Assembly (NCBI GenBank): GCA_012522015.1
Contig: JAAYLD010000026.1
Span: 6,694-70,693, forward strand
DNA: 64,000 nt
Reading direction: 5' to 3'
Source: Clostridiales bacterium
Lineage (GTDB): Bacteria > Bacillota > Clostridia > Oscillospirales > CAG-272
Below are positions 9,263 through 17,798 of this stretch, piece by piece (within the stretch, counting starts at the first letter, position 1; the number at the start of each line of letters is the position of its first letter). Below the pieces are notes generated by a model that was not told the origin of the DNA, did no database searches, and saw only the letters and a program-made list of their open reading frames with translations. A program made the translations under genes and the position numbers.

Positions 9263-10501
9263 TTATAAATCTTTGCAGTATTTTTTATACTTGCCGTATT
9301 GGCGGCGCCCCATCTCAAGCACACATGCAAAGCGGAGAGGTGAGCGCAGAAGGTCGGGGGCATACATGTAAGAGGATGCCGCATCACCTGACGCCGCAAG
9401 TAAACGCGCGCTTGCGACAAGCTCGGGATTTTTTGTATAACGACGGATGACACCGCGCGGCACAGAGTGCCAAAAAACCTTTTTTTCTACTTCATGAAAG
9501 GGTTTTTTAATACCTTCAATCAAGTCGTCAACGACAAGGCGGGCTATGTTTTCACCGGCGGCAGTTACATAATAGTTGCTGCGTCCTTGACGAAGGTTCA
9601 TATCAAATGCGTAATGCTCACCAGTCTCCTTGTCAAATTTAATATCAAAATTGCAAAAACCTGTGTAGCCCTCCCCATCCAGTATAGCACGAAAACGGGA
9701 AGTGAGAGAAGGGTTATATTCGGTAATTATTGCCGAATGATTGCCGATTCCCTTCGGTGTATGCTCCTCAAGAAGCACGTGTCCAAGGCACATCATAGAG
9801 ACATGTCCCGTTTTATCTGAATACGTAGTAAGGACGCGCATTCCATCGTCGCCACCAGGTATGTGCTTTTGTATGATAATGCGTCCGGGGTAGCCTGACG
9901 CGTATATACGGGAGATGATTTCTTCCGCATCTTTTTGAGTTTCTGCAAAATAAGCCTTTTTCATACCATCGAAAGGGTAGCGCCAGTATTCGGCGCTTGA
10001 AGATGGCTTTATGACAAGCGGAAAGGAGAATCCTTCATCTGAAAGGTTTGATGGAAGCTGTGATTTTTCCGAAATAATAAGTGTTTTTGGATACGGGACG
10101 CCGTATTTATCGCACATAGCGTAAAAAAATGCTTTTTCAGCAAAAAGATCACGGCAGCGCGGGGATGTATAAGGCACTGCGTACCTTGCATCAAGACGCC
10201 CTTTTGCCGCAAGATCAATAATCATCAAGACATATTCGTCCGTACACCCGAAAAGCGGCATTGATGCGTCCGGATGTGAGCGTGAGAATTCATCGAGCAC
10301 AGCGGCGAGACGTTCGCCATCTCCTTCGGTAAGGTCGGGCACTAAGTGAGTTTTTACAATAGACGAATATTTTGTCGCGCTGACGGCAAAGCGGCCAAAA
10401 ACATGACTTTTGACCCGGTACGCCTCATGAAATGCGCGCGCTATATTGTAAGCGTTTAAATCCGCACCTATGATGACGGGAATTATATTTATCGAGGACA
10501 T
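9263..10501 (-). CDS. ATP-grasp carboxylate-amine ligase, D-aspartate-ligase-like
   Basis: About 412 aa with typical ATP-grasp size and layout (PLVIKPSSS..., QKHIPGGDD, FCNFDIKFD). I place the start at the ATG at 10501, preceded by GAGG. The track start GTG at 10516 overlaps the asnB stop as GTGA. Function is assigned mainly from its position between asnB and the racemase. Confidence 0.65.
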   Translation of the reverse strand: MSSINIIPVIIGADLNAYNIARAFHEAYRVKSHVFGRFAVSATKYSSIVKTHLVPDLTEGDGERLAAVLDEFSRSHPDASMPLFGCTDEYVLMIIDLAAKGRLDARYAVPYTSPRCRDLFAEKAFFYAMCDKYGVPYPKTLIISEKSQLPSNLSDEGFSFPLVIKPSSSAEYWRYPFDGMKKAYFAETQKDAEEIISRIYASGYPGRIIIQKHIPGGDDGMRVLTTYSDKTGHVSMMCLGHVLLEEHTPKGIGNHSAIITEYNPSLTSRFRAILDGEGYTGFCNFDIKFDKETGEHYAFDMNLRQGRSNYYVTAAGENIARLVVDDLIEGIKKPFHEVEKKVFWHSVPRGVIRRYTKNPELVASARLLAASGDAASSYMYAPDLLRSPLRFACVLEMGRRQYGKYKKYCKDL

Positions 10502-10512
10502 TTCTCTTCGCC

Positions 10513-12354
10513 TCACGTTTTCTTGTCAAAGTCAATGAAAAAGCGTTTGTACCAAACGAGGAATGCGTATATCACCCATATCATTCGCTGGTTGTTCGCG
10601 ACGCCGTTTTTATGGTCGTCAAGGATTTTCAGTATTTTATCGCGATTAAAGAATTCGGCGGCGTAATCGGCAGTAAAATACTCACGGACAATGCTGTAGA
10701 ATTTATCCTCCCGCAGCCATTTGCGGATTGGCACGGGAAATCCTTTTTTAGGGCGTGTTGCCCATTCTGCCGGGAGCACTTTCGCCGCCGCGCGGCGGAG
10801 AACAAACTTTGTGTCAATTTCGTTGACGCGGTAACAATCGGGAACGCGGCGTGCGGACTCCATAACGACACGGTCAAGGTAGGGGACTCTAAGCTCAACA
10901 GAATGAGCCATAGACATTTTGTCTGCTTTTAATAAAATGTCGCCCGGCAGCCACAAATTTAGGTCAAGATATTGCTTTTTTGTAAGCTCCGTCGCGTCTT
11001 TTACCTTGTCATAAATCGGTCGGGTAATATCGCGCGGTGACGGGCCAACCAGATAATCAGGTGTGAGGATGTGTAGTGCAGCTTTTTCGTGGAAAACGAT
11101 TGCTTGTCCGATAAAATATTTCTCCGGAACACCGCTTGAATTTATGATGAAATCGTGTCCTTTAAAATACGGCAGTTTTTCGGCTATTGACGCCGCACCA
11201 CGGCGCAGAAAGCCGGGCAAATGCTTATACTTCCGCATGAGCGGCGGGGTGAAGTATGATTCATAACCGCCCCATATTTCATCGGCTCCCTCGCCTGAAA
11301 GCACAACGGTGACATAACGGCGTGTCAGCTCGGAGAGAAACCATAGCGGAACTGACGAGGGATTAGCCTGAGGCTCGTCCATGTGGTACTGTATGTCGGG
11401 GAAAGCGTCAAAACATTCTTCCGGCGTTATTATTTTTGTGTGATGTTGGACGCCAAGCAGTTTTGATAAGCGAATAGCGTCTTGAGTCTCGTCAAAGCCA
11501 TCGATATCAAAACCTACGGAAAACGTGTGTTCCGGCAAAAGGGATGCCGTTACATAGCTTGAGTCGATACCGCCTGACAAAAACGAGCCGACAGGTACGT
11601 CGCTTATTTTATGTGCGTTGACTGAAGCGCGAACGATCTCATCTGTTTCGTTTATGAAGTCGGCAAGACTTTTTTTGTCATCGGGTTCAAACACTATTTC
11701 CCAGTAACGCTTTGTTTTAATTTTACCATTCTTAAACGTTAGTATGTGCGCCGGCGGTAGCTTATACACACCGGTGAAAAATGTCTCATCCATCGATGAA
11801 TACTGGAATGAAAGGTAAGGGCGCAGCGCCTTATTATTTACACGCGGCTTAAATGCGGGGTGCTCAAGGAAACATTTTATCTCGCTGCCAAAGAGAATTT
11901 CACCGCCTAAATCCGTATAGTAAAAAGGCTTGATGCCAAAAGGGTCGCGAGCGCAGAAAAGTGTTTTTTCATCCCTGTTCCATATAGCAAATGAAAACAT
12001 TCCGCGAAGCATTAAAACGATGGCCTCGCCATATTCTTCGTAGCCGTGAAGAATGACTTCCATATCACACCGTGACTTGAATATATGTCCACGTGCGATA
12101 AGCTGCTCTCGCAGTTCCATAAAATTACATATCTCGCCATTACAGACGATAACATGAGAGCCTGTTTCATTAAACATCGGCTGAGTGCCGTCGATGAGGT
12201 CGATTATGGAGAGACGGCGGAATCCAAGTGTAATGCCGTCTCCAATATATTCACCGGACATATCAGGGCCGCGGTGAATAATGCGGTCCATCATCGCGCC
12301 GATAATATTTTTGCTGTTGGGATAATATCCCGAAAAACCGATGAAACCGCACAT
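10513..12354 (-). CDS. asnB: asparagine synthetase (glutamine-hydrolysing), AsnB family
   Basis: The start is set at MCGFIG (Cys2 nucleophile), with GGAGG 9 nt upstream. RGPD, the SGGIDSS PP-loop and LKADKMSMAHSVELRVPYLD are present. The 9 extra residues in the ORF track overlap the promoter. Confidence 0.9.
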   Translation of the reverse strand: MCGFIGFSGYYPNSKNIIGAMMDRIIHRGPDMSGEYIGDGITLGFRRLSIIDLIDGTQPMFNETGSHVIVCNGEICNFMELREQLIARGHIFKSRCDMEVILHGYEEYGEAIVLMLRGMFSFAIWNRDEKTLFCARDPFGIKPFYYTDLGGEILFGSEIKCFLEHPAFKPRVNNKALRPYLSFQYSSMDETFFTGVYKLPPAHILTFKNGKIKTKRYWEIVFEPDDKKSLADFINETDEIVRASVNAHKISDVPVGSFLSGGIDSSYVTASLLPEHTFSVGFDIDGFDETQDAIRLSKLLGVQHHTKIITPEECFDAFPDIQYHMDEPQANPSSVPLWFLSELTRRYVTVVLSGEGADEIWGGYESYFTPPLMRKYKHLPGFLRRGAASIAEKLPYFKGHDFIINSSGVPEKYFIGQAIVFHEKAALHILTPDYLVGPSPRDITRPIYDKVKDATELTKKQYLDLNLWLPGDILLKADKMSMAHSVELRVPYLDRVVMESARRVPDCYRVNEIDTKFVLRRAAAKVLPAEWATRPKKGFPVPIRKWLREDKFYSIVREYFTADYAAEFFNRDKILKILDDHKNGVANNQRMIWVIYAFLVWYKRFFIDFDKKT

Positions 12355-12386
12355 AGGATTAAGCCTCCAAGTAGTAAACATCTATT

Positions 12387-12415
12387 ATTATAACACAAAC
12401 AAATGGCTTGGTAAA
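12387..12415 (-). promoter_or_regulatory. candidate sigma-A promoter of the asnB-murE operon
   Basis: On the minus strand: TTTACC (12415-12410), 17 nt, then TGtTATAAT (12395-12387). This implies a leader of about 25 nt containing the GGAGG. Confidence 0.45.
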
Positions 12416-12498
12416 CTCTGTCGCAATTCTATTTTAAAAAAATAACATAATTGAGATATAGAGCATTATATCGAGCAGTAATACTCCTGTGCACATTT

Positions 12499-12528
12499 AT
12501 AAAAAGCCGGTCATACTGTATGACCGGC
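12499..12528 (-). terminator. intrinsic terminator of the AraC-family gene
   Basis: Perfect 10-bp stem GCCGGTCATA / TATGACCGGC (12506-12528) with loop ctg, followed on the minus strand by TTTTT (12505-12501). Confidence 0.75.
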
Positions 12529-12593
12529 ACATATGTTATATCGAGCGAAAATTTAAAATAAATATTGAAAAATGTGCATGTAGAGGTTATCTA

Positions 12594-13448
12594 TTAGGCA
12601 TTGTTTTTCAGTTTTGATTTGCTAACATGACGAAAACGGTTTGGAGATGTTCCTGTAAGCTTTCGGAATGAGTTTGAAAAATGCTGTGAGTTTGAGTAAT
12701 GGAGCATCTCGCTAATTGTTTTTATTGAGATATTCGTATCGGTAAGCAGAGCTTTTGCTATATCTGTGCGTTTAGATATAGCGTACTGCATGGGGGTAAT
12801 CCCATATGCAGACTTAAAAAGTCTTATGATATGCATTTTTGTCAGACCAAAGTGATCGGATATGAGATTGAGGGAGATATTGTTGTATATATTATTGTCA
12901 ATATAATGCTTGATTCTTTGGGCGATTTGATCCTCTGAGCAAGGCGGTGCTTCCTCACATCCGTTGTATAATGCTAATACGAGGTCGAAGATGTACCGTG
13001 AAATGGCATCCATATTAGCAAGATAATTATGGGTGTTTGTTTTCGAGAGGATAGCATTGATAGTTATGATTGAGTCGATGACATAAGACTTACGGATGCA
13101 GACATTCAATAAGGAGTAAATATCAGCAAGCGAATCGATTAACTTGCCGGATAAAACAAACCAATACCCGAAGCTGCTTTTTTCAGAGTCAAAGGTCAGC
13201 TGACATGTAGTGTTTTTATGGACGAAAAGCAGGTCGTTTTCAGTCAGATAATGCACACCGTCACAGTAGGCAATTTTCACTCGTCCTGTTTGCAGATACC
13301 CAATCAAATAGCTGTTATCTGGGAGTATCGATTTTGTAAAATTATGTGGATTGCATATGGTACCCGCCAGAAGCATGTCAAGGATTCCGCTTTGACAATT
13401 ATTATACGCATATGTAATTTTGCCAGGGCACTTGTCGGTTTTGAGCAC
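12594..13448 (-). CDS. AraC-family transcriptional regulator
   Basis: 284 aa. The C-terminal HTH pair contains ISDHFGLTKMHIIRLFKSAYGITPMQY and SEMLHYSNSQHFSNSFRKLTGTSPNRFR. The N-terminus looks like a cupin-type sensor half. Confidence 0.85.
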   Translation of the reverse strand: MLKTDKCPGKITYAYNNCQSGILDMLLAGTICNPHNFTKSILPDNSYLIGYLQTGRVKIAYCDGVHYLTENDLLFVHKNTTCQLTFDSEKSSFGYWFVLSGKLIDSLADIYSLLNVCIRKSYVIDSIITINAILSKTNTHNYLANMDAISRYIFDLVLALYNGCEEAPPCSEDQIAQRIKHYIDNNIYNNISLNLISDHFGLTKMHIIRLFKSAYGITPMQYAISKRTDIAKALLTDTNISIKTISEMLHYSNSQHFSNSFRKLTGTSPNRFRHVSKSKLKNNA

Positions 13449-13788
13449 GATTGATTGTTCTCCGTATTTGTACGTCGGAAATAACTATTGATTACATTAA
13501 TAATTATAAACTCCATTGAAAATTTTGTCAATAATTGCAACCCGTTAATTCTTAATAAATAAGCATATAATACATATAAATATGGTACATAAACTTGCAG
13601 TATCAGCGTAAAACAACAATATTTACAATAAGTTAACAATTTGCAGGCAAAATGACAGTAATTATTCATACAATCATATGTCTATTTAGGCTATAAGTAT
13701 AAAGTAAGTTTACAATATGGTTCCGAGTATTGATTTTTTGTTTTCGGTATATTAAGATATATATAAAAAATAGATGAGGGGCATATTA

Positions 13789-14520
13789 ATGAACTTTGAG
13801 AACAACAAGAAGTATTATCTTCCACGGAAAGTCACATGGCAGATTATAGGCGGTATTATTGCAGCAATAGGCGTGCCATTTTTCTTCCTGAGACAGATGG
13901 GTTTCTATGGCGGCACGATGATCGCCTTAATATTGGTATTAATCGGCGTCTGTATTGTTATTTTTGCAAACAGCTCCCGTCCAAGCGATGCTGATATTGA
14001 AAACTGTATCGCAATAAAAACTAAGGATGTCATGGAACGGGCACGTATGTACATAGATACACGTGAAAAAATGATAAAAGCATACCCGCCTATGACTTTT
14101 TGTGAATATGATTTTTCAGAAGCCGATAGTGAAGAATTCCTTGTCCAGCGCGGAAAGGACGGGCGTTACCGCACAAACAAATACTCATATGCTATTATCA
14201 CATTTGGGCAAGAAAAGCTCCATACATATATGTATCAATTTTCGCTGACAAAAGATTGGGAGCAGGATACCGCTCTTGATTATAAATATACGGATTTACT
14301 GAGTGCTGAAATCGAGCGGATGAGCCATATTTTTAAATTTGGAGTTAAAGGTATCGAGACAAAGGTCGATTTTGAAAGTATGGTTATCCGTAAAAATGAC
14401 GGCGAAGTTATATTCACAATGCCTGTTCGGCATGCTGCCGACGTCGACAAGACTGTTGAAACGATCAATCACCTTATAAAAAGTCGTAAAGACGAAGCGA
14501 GCGGTGCAAACAGCATCTGA
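13789..14520 (+). CDS. hypothetical membrane protein (2 TM plus a soluble domain)
   Basis: The start is taken at the ATG at 13789 (MNFENN...), 9 nt after GAGGGG. Two hydrophobic helices (IIGGIIAAIGVPFFF and MIALILVLIGVCIVIFA) precede a domain of about 170 aa with no motif I recognise. Confidence 0.6.
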   Translation: MNFENNKKYYLPRKVTWQIIGGIIAAIGVPFFFLRQMGFYGGTMIALILVLIGVCIVIFANSSRPSDADIENCIAIKTKDVMERARMYIDTREKMIKAYPPMTFCEYDFSEADSEEFLVQRGKDGRYRTNKYSYAIITFGQEKLHTYMYQFSLTKDWEQDTALDYKYTDLLSAEIERMSHIFKFGVKGIETKVDFESMVIRKNDGEVIFTMPVRHAADVDKTVETINHLIKSRKDEASGANSI

Positions 14521-14620
14521 GAAAAAAGCCATAACTGAAGGTACATTAATATGTGGTGAAACATCAGAGCTGATGTGCTAAATCATCCTCTCTTTATGAA
14601 TATAAACAAAGAATAAAATA

Positions 14621-14660
14621 ATGCCCGCAAGGTGAAAATTACCTTGCGGGCATATTTTTA
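14621..14660 (+). terminator. intrinsic terminator
   Basis: 13-bp perfect stem ATGCCCGCAAGGT / ACCTTGCGGGCAT with loop gaaaatt, followed by ATTTTTA. Confidence 0.85.
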
Positions 14661-14703
14661 ATTATCCCGCAGCCTTATACTGTGCCTTGAGAGGATGTAT
14701 TAA

Positions 14704-15129
14704 ATGAAAATGCGCAGGATGATTGAATATACAGCCGTTTTTGCAGCCGGAGCCGTTTTATACTCGACAATCGAGGTGCTTTGGCGCGGATATACACACC
14801 CGTCGATGGCAGCAACGGGCGGAGCATGTCTTGCCGCAATGTATGCATACGATAAAACGCATGAAAAATGCTCACTCCCGGCAAAAGCTCTTTATGGGGC
14901 TTGCCTTATAACGTCGGCGGAATTTGTGGTAGGTTGCGCTGTAAATCTGCTTTTAGGTCAGCGTGTGTGGGATTATTCCGGTTTTCGATTCAACCTGCTC
15001 GGACAGATATGCCTGCTGTATTCTATTTTATGGTATTTTTTATCGATACCGGCGTTTTTGCTTTGCCGTTTTACCCGTAGGCTTTTCAGAGCGGGCAGTT
15101 GTGAGAGCAATCTTAATATGATAAAATAA
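14704..15129 (+). CDS. small polytopic membrane protein, 'putative ABC-transporter type IV' (DUF1113-like) family
   Basis: 141 aa with 4 predicted TM segments. The family-typical stretch is VWDYSGFRFNLLGQICLLYSILW. Confidence 0.65.
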   Translation: MKMRRMIEYTAVFAAGAVLYSTIEVLWRGYTHPSMAATGGACLAAMYAYDKTHEKCSLPAKALYGACLITSAEFVVGCAVNLLLGQRVWDYSGFRFNLLGQICLLYSILWYFLSIPAFLLCRFTRRLFRAGSCESNLNMIK

Positions 15130-15159
15130 AGCAACAATAGTTTAGTTTTGGAGCTTTCG

Positions 15160-16092
15160 ATGGCACGGACATCAAAACACTTACGCAATCGAGGCGGGCG
15201 TCGCTTTAAAATACTATTAGCTTTTGCACTTGCAGCGGCTATTCTTGTTGTTATCGCCGCTACGATAGCAGTGGACGTCGCTCGCCGCATACCCGATGGG
15301 GTGCTGAGAGCGTATTTTATAGATGTCGGGCAGGGTGACGCTTCAGTTATTCTTTGGAATGGGGGCTGTGTCGTCATTGACGCAGGGACAGAAGCGAGCG
15401 CTGAGCGTCTTTCCATATACCTGCGGAAGCTCGGCGTATCGGAGATAGACTGCGCCGTTTTTACACACCCGCACTCAGACCACATCGGCGGCGGGGATGA
15501 TATTTTAGCAGATTTTACTGTCAAGTCGGTTGTTATGCCTGACTGTGTGGTTGACGGTGAGTCGTATAGCGAGCTTCTTTATTACATAGAAAAAGAAGGG
15601 TGCCCAACATATATGGCGACGCCGGGGGATGAATACTCCTTTGGTGATGTAACTATGACTGTTCTTGGGCCGTATACAGAATATGACAATGAAAATGATA
15701 TGAGCGCTGTTGTTAAGGTCACCTATGGCGATATCGACATCATATATGCGGGCGACGCTGAGGCACGAGCTGAATATGACATAATTGAGTTTTGGGGAGA
15801 TGATGTGCTTGATGTCGAAGTGCTAAAGGTAGGCCACCACGGTTCATATACATCGACGACGGAGGAATTCCTTGCGGTGACAACGCCTGAGCTTGCCATT
15901 ATTTCGTGCGGACGCCAAAATGAATACGGGCATCCTCATTCAAAAACACTTGCAAATCTTGATAAGGCCGGCGCATCCGTGTACCGCACGGACGAGGACG
16001 GAACTGTTATTATTGAAACAGACGGTGTGAACGTATGGCGGTGTGTGATGGGGTTTCTCGGGCGTTTATACCGGGTTGATAATAAGGGATAA
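15160..16092 (+). CDS. membrane-anchored MBL-fold hydrolase, ComEC/Rec2 C-terminal-domain-like
   Basis: The ATG at 15160 lies 6 nt after GGAG. An N-terminal TM anchor is followed by YFIDVGQGDA, THPHSDHIGG and KVGHHGS. Confidence 0.8.
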   Translation: MARTSKHLRNRGGRRFKILLAFALAAAILVVIAATIAVDVARRIPDGVLRAYFIDVGQGDASVILWNGGCVVIDAGTEASAERLSIYLRKLGVSEIDCAVFTHPHSDHIGGGDDILADFTVKSVVMPDCVVDGESYSELLYYIEKEGCPTYMATPGDEYSFGDVTMTVLGPYTEYDNENDMSAVVKVTYGDIDIIYAGDAEARAEYDIIEFWGDDVLDVEVLKVGHHGSYTSTTEEFLAVTTPELAIISCGRQNEYGHPHSKTLANLDKAGASVYRTDEDGTVIIETDGVNVWRCVMGFLGRLYRVDNKG

Positions 16093-16137
16093 TGTGCGAT
16101 GATATAGGGTTGCGCTGTTTTGACATTAAAGCATAAT

Positions 16138-16193
16138 AAATAGCGTATCTTTACGGCAATAGTATCAACTCTTGTCTGAAAGATACGCTATTT
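16138..16193. terminator. 15-bp perfect inverted repeat acting as a bidirectional terminator
   Basis: AAATAGCGTATCTTT (16138-16152) pairs with AAAGATACGCTATTT (16179-16193) across a 26-nt loop. The right arm lies inside the last codons of the minus-strand pseudouridine synthase gene. Both sides are T-rich. Confidence 0.55.
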
Positions 16194-16905
16194 CATTTTC
16201 TGTAAGGTGCCGCCATTTGCCGGGAGGCAAAGAACCAAGTTTAACATCGCCTATCGCTGTCCGCGTCAGACGCTTGATTTTAAGTCCAAGCGCTGCGCAC
16301 ATTCGCCGTATCTGACGGTTCCTGCCCTCTTTTAGCGTAAGCTCAACCGTTGTTTCGCCCCCACCGCGAAAGATAAGCTCCACGCCAACCGGCGCAAGCG
16401 CGTATGGGGTACCATCGGCCTCAATAATAGTCATCGGCTCTGCGAGCTCGTCAAGGGTCGCATCCGGAACATCGCCGACAAGTGTTATGCGGTATATTTT
16501 CGGTATTTCATGGCGCGGATGCATAAGGCGTGCGGCAAGCTCCCCGTCATTCGTCAACAAAAGAAGCCCGCCCGAGTACATATCAAGCCGTCCGACGGGG
16601 TATACGCGCACCCCGACATCCGCGGTAAGATCAGCGACAGACCTCCGCCCGCGTTCATCGTGCATCGTAGTGACGACGCCAACTGGCTTATTTAGCATTA
16701 TATATGTGCGCGGCGACGGGACAGCGCCCCCTGTGACAATCCGCCCGTCAATTTTCAGCGTGTCAGATGCAGGGTCAATTTTATCGCCCGGTTTTGCTGT
16801 GGTGCCGTTGATAGCTATGCGCCCGGCGGCAAGCGCCGAGTCAGCGGCACGCCGCGACATGACGCCGCGCTCGGATAAATATTTCTGAATGCGGATTTTT
16901 TCCAT
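16165..16905 (-). CDS. rRNA pseudouridine synthase (RluB/RsuA family) with an S4 domain
   Basis: S4 domain (IRIQKYLSERGVMSRRAADSALAAGRIAINGT) and catalytic motif VYPVGRLDMYSGGLLLLTNDGELA, plus GRNRQIRRM. Confidence 0.9.
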   Translation of the reverse strand: MEKIRIQKYLSERGVMSRRAADSALAAGRIAINGTTAKPGDKIDPASDTLKIDGRIVTGGAVPSPRTYIMLNKPVGVVTTMHDERGRRSVADLTADVGVRVYPVGRLDMYSGGLLLLTNDGELAARLMHPRHEIPKIYRITLVGDVPDATLDELAEPMTIIEADGTPYALAPVGVELIFRGGGETTVELTLKEGRNRQIRRMCAALGLKIKRLTRTAIGDVKLGSLPPGKWRHLTENEIAYLSDKS

Positions 16906-16907
16906 AG

Positions 16908-17753
16908 TTATTTGATATTTTTAGCCTTCAGTTCATCGGCCATTTGCCGTAGATATGAAAGTGAATGTGTCAGTATTTTTGTATCAATGGGCCGGACGCT
17001 AAAATCGGCGGGCGATTCAAGCGTGAAGGAACCTTTGTAATGCGCGTCAGATAATGCGTGCCATAAAGCTGAAAAGTCAACAGTGCCCTCGCCCGGGTGA
17101 AGAACCGGGCGAATACGGGAAAAATCGCCCACATCCCCTCCAAAATCGCTTATGTGTATATGCGTTATACGTCCATCTGCCATAAGTTCGCTTTTTTCTA
17201 TTGCTTCGTTTTGGCCGTGGAGCCGTCCGAAGCGCACGTCGTATATAAAATCAACATCATAGCCAGCAATCTGCCGCCAGCGAGTGAGAGGATCGGCCCG
17301 GGTGCACGGAATGTTTTCAATGAGGGGCCGAACGCCGAATTTATTTGCTATTTCAATGATTTTAGGCAAAAAAGACACATTGTATTCAAAGTGCGAGTCA
17401 GACTCGTCGGCGCCCCATAAATGAAGGACAATGCGCCGCGCAGAGAGTAGCTGCGCTTCGCGGCAGTTTATCTCCCAGCGCCGGATTGCCTCCTCGGCAT
17501 CGTCCTCCGAGCAGCACGACAATAGAATGCCTATTTCCTTTTCCGCGTGAATGATGGGGCAGAAAAGCCCGCTGTCTTTTATTGTGCGCCTTACATCATC
17601 AATCACAGGGTAAAGAGGGGGCATAATAAGGTATTCAATGCCGTCCGCACCTGTCTTTTCACAAATGGAGGGAAGAATTGTTTTTATTACGGAGTAGTCG
17701 TAGCCTGTGCTGCGGCCCATGACTGTTCCCGTTGAAACAAACACTTCGTTCAT
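16908..17753 (-). CDS. sugar phosphate isomerase/epimerase (xylose-isomerase-like TIM barrel)
   Basis: 281 aa. HAEKE, VLHLWG, ENIP and THIHISD form a metal-ligand-like pattern typical of the AP-endonuclease-2/TIM family. Confidence 0.7.
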   Translation of the reverse strand: MNEVFVSTGTVMGRSTGYDYSVIKTILPSICEKTGADGIEYLIMPPLYPVIDDVRRTIKDSGLFCPIIHAEKEIGILLSCCSEDDAEEAIRRWEINCREAQLLSARRIVLHLWGADESDSHFEYNVSFLPKIIEIANKFGVRPLIENIPCTRADPLTRWRQIAGYDVDFIYDVRFGRLHGQNEAIEKSELMADGRITHIHISDFGGDVGDFSRIRPVLHPGEGTVDFSALWHALSDAHYKGSFTLESPADFSVRPIDTKILTHSLSYLRQMADELKAKNIK

Positions 17754-17798
17754 TATTAAAACCGAATCTCTTTTAAAAATACTTAGTACAAAGCAAAA

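Noticed and set aside
14973-15524. 183-aa minus-strand ORF
   Set aside because: It overlaps the 3' end of the DUF1113 gene and the 5' end of the MBL-hydrolase gene in antisense. It has no motif or SD.
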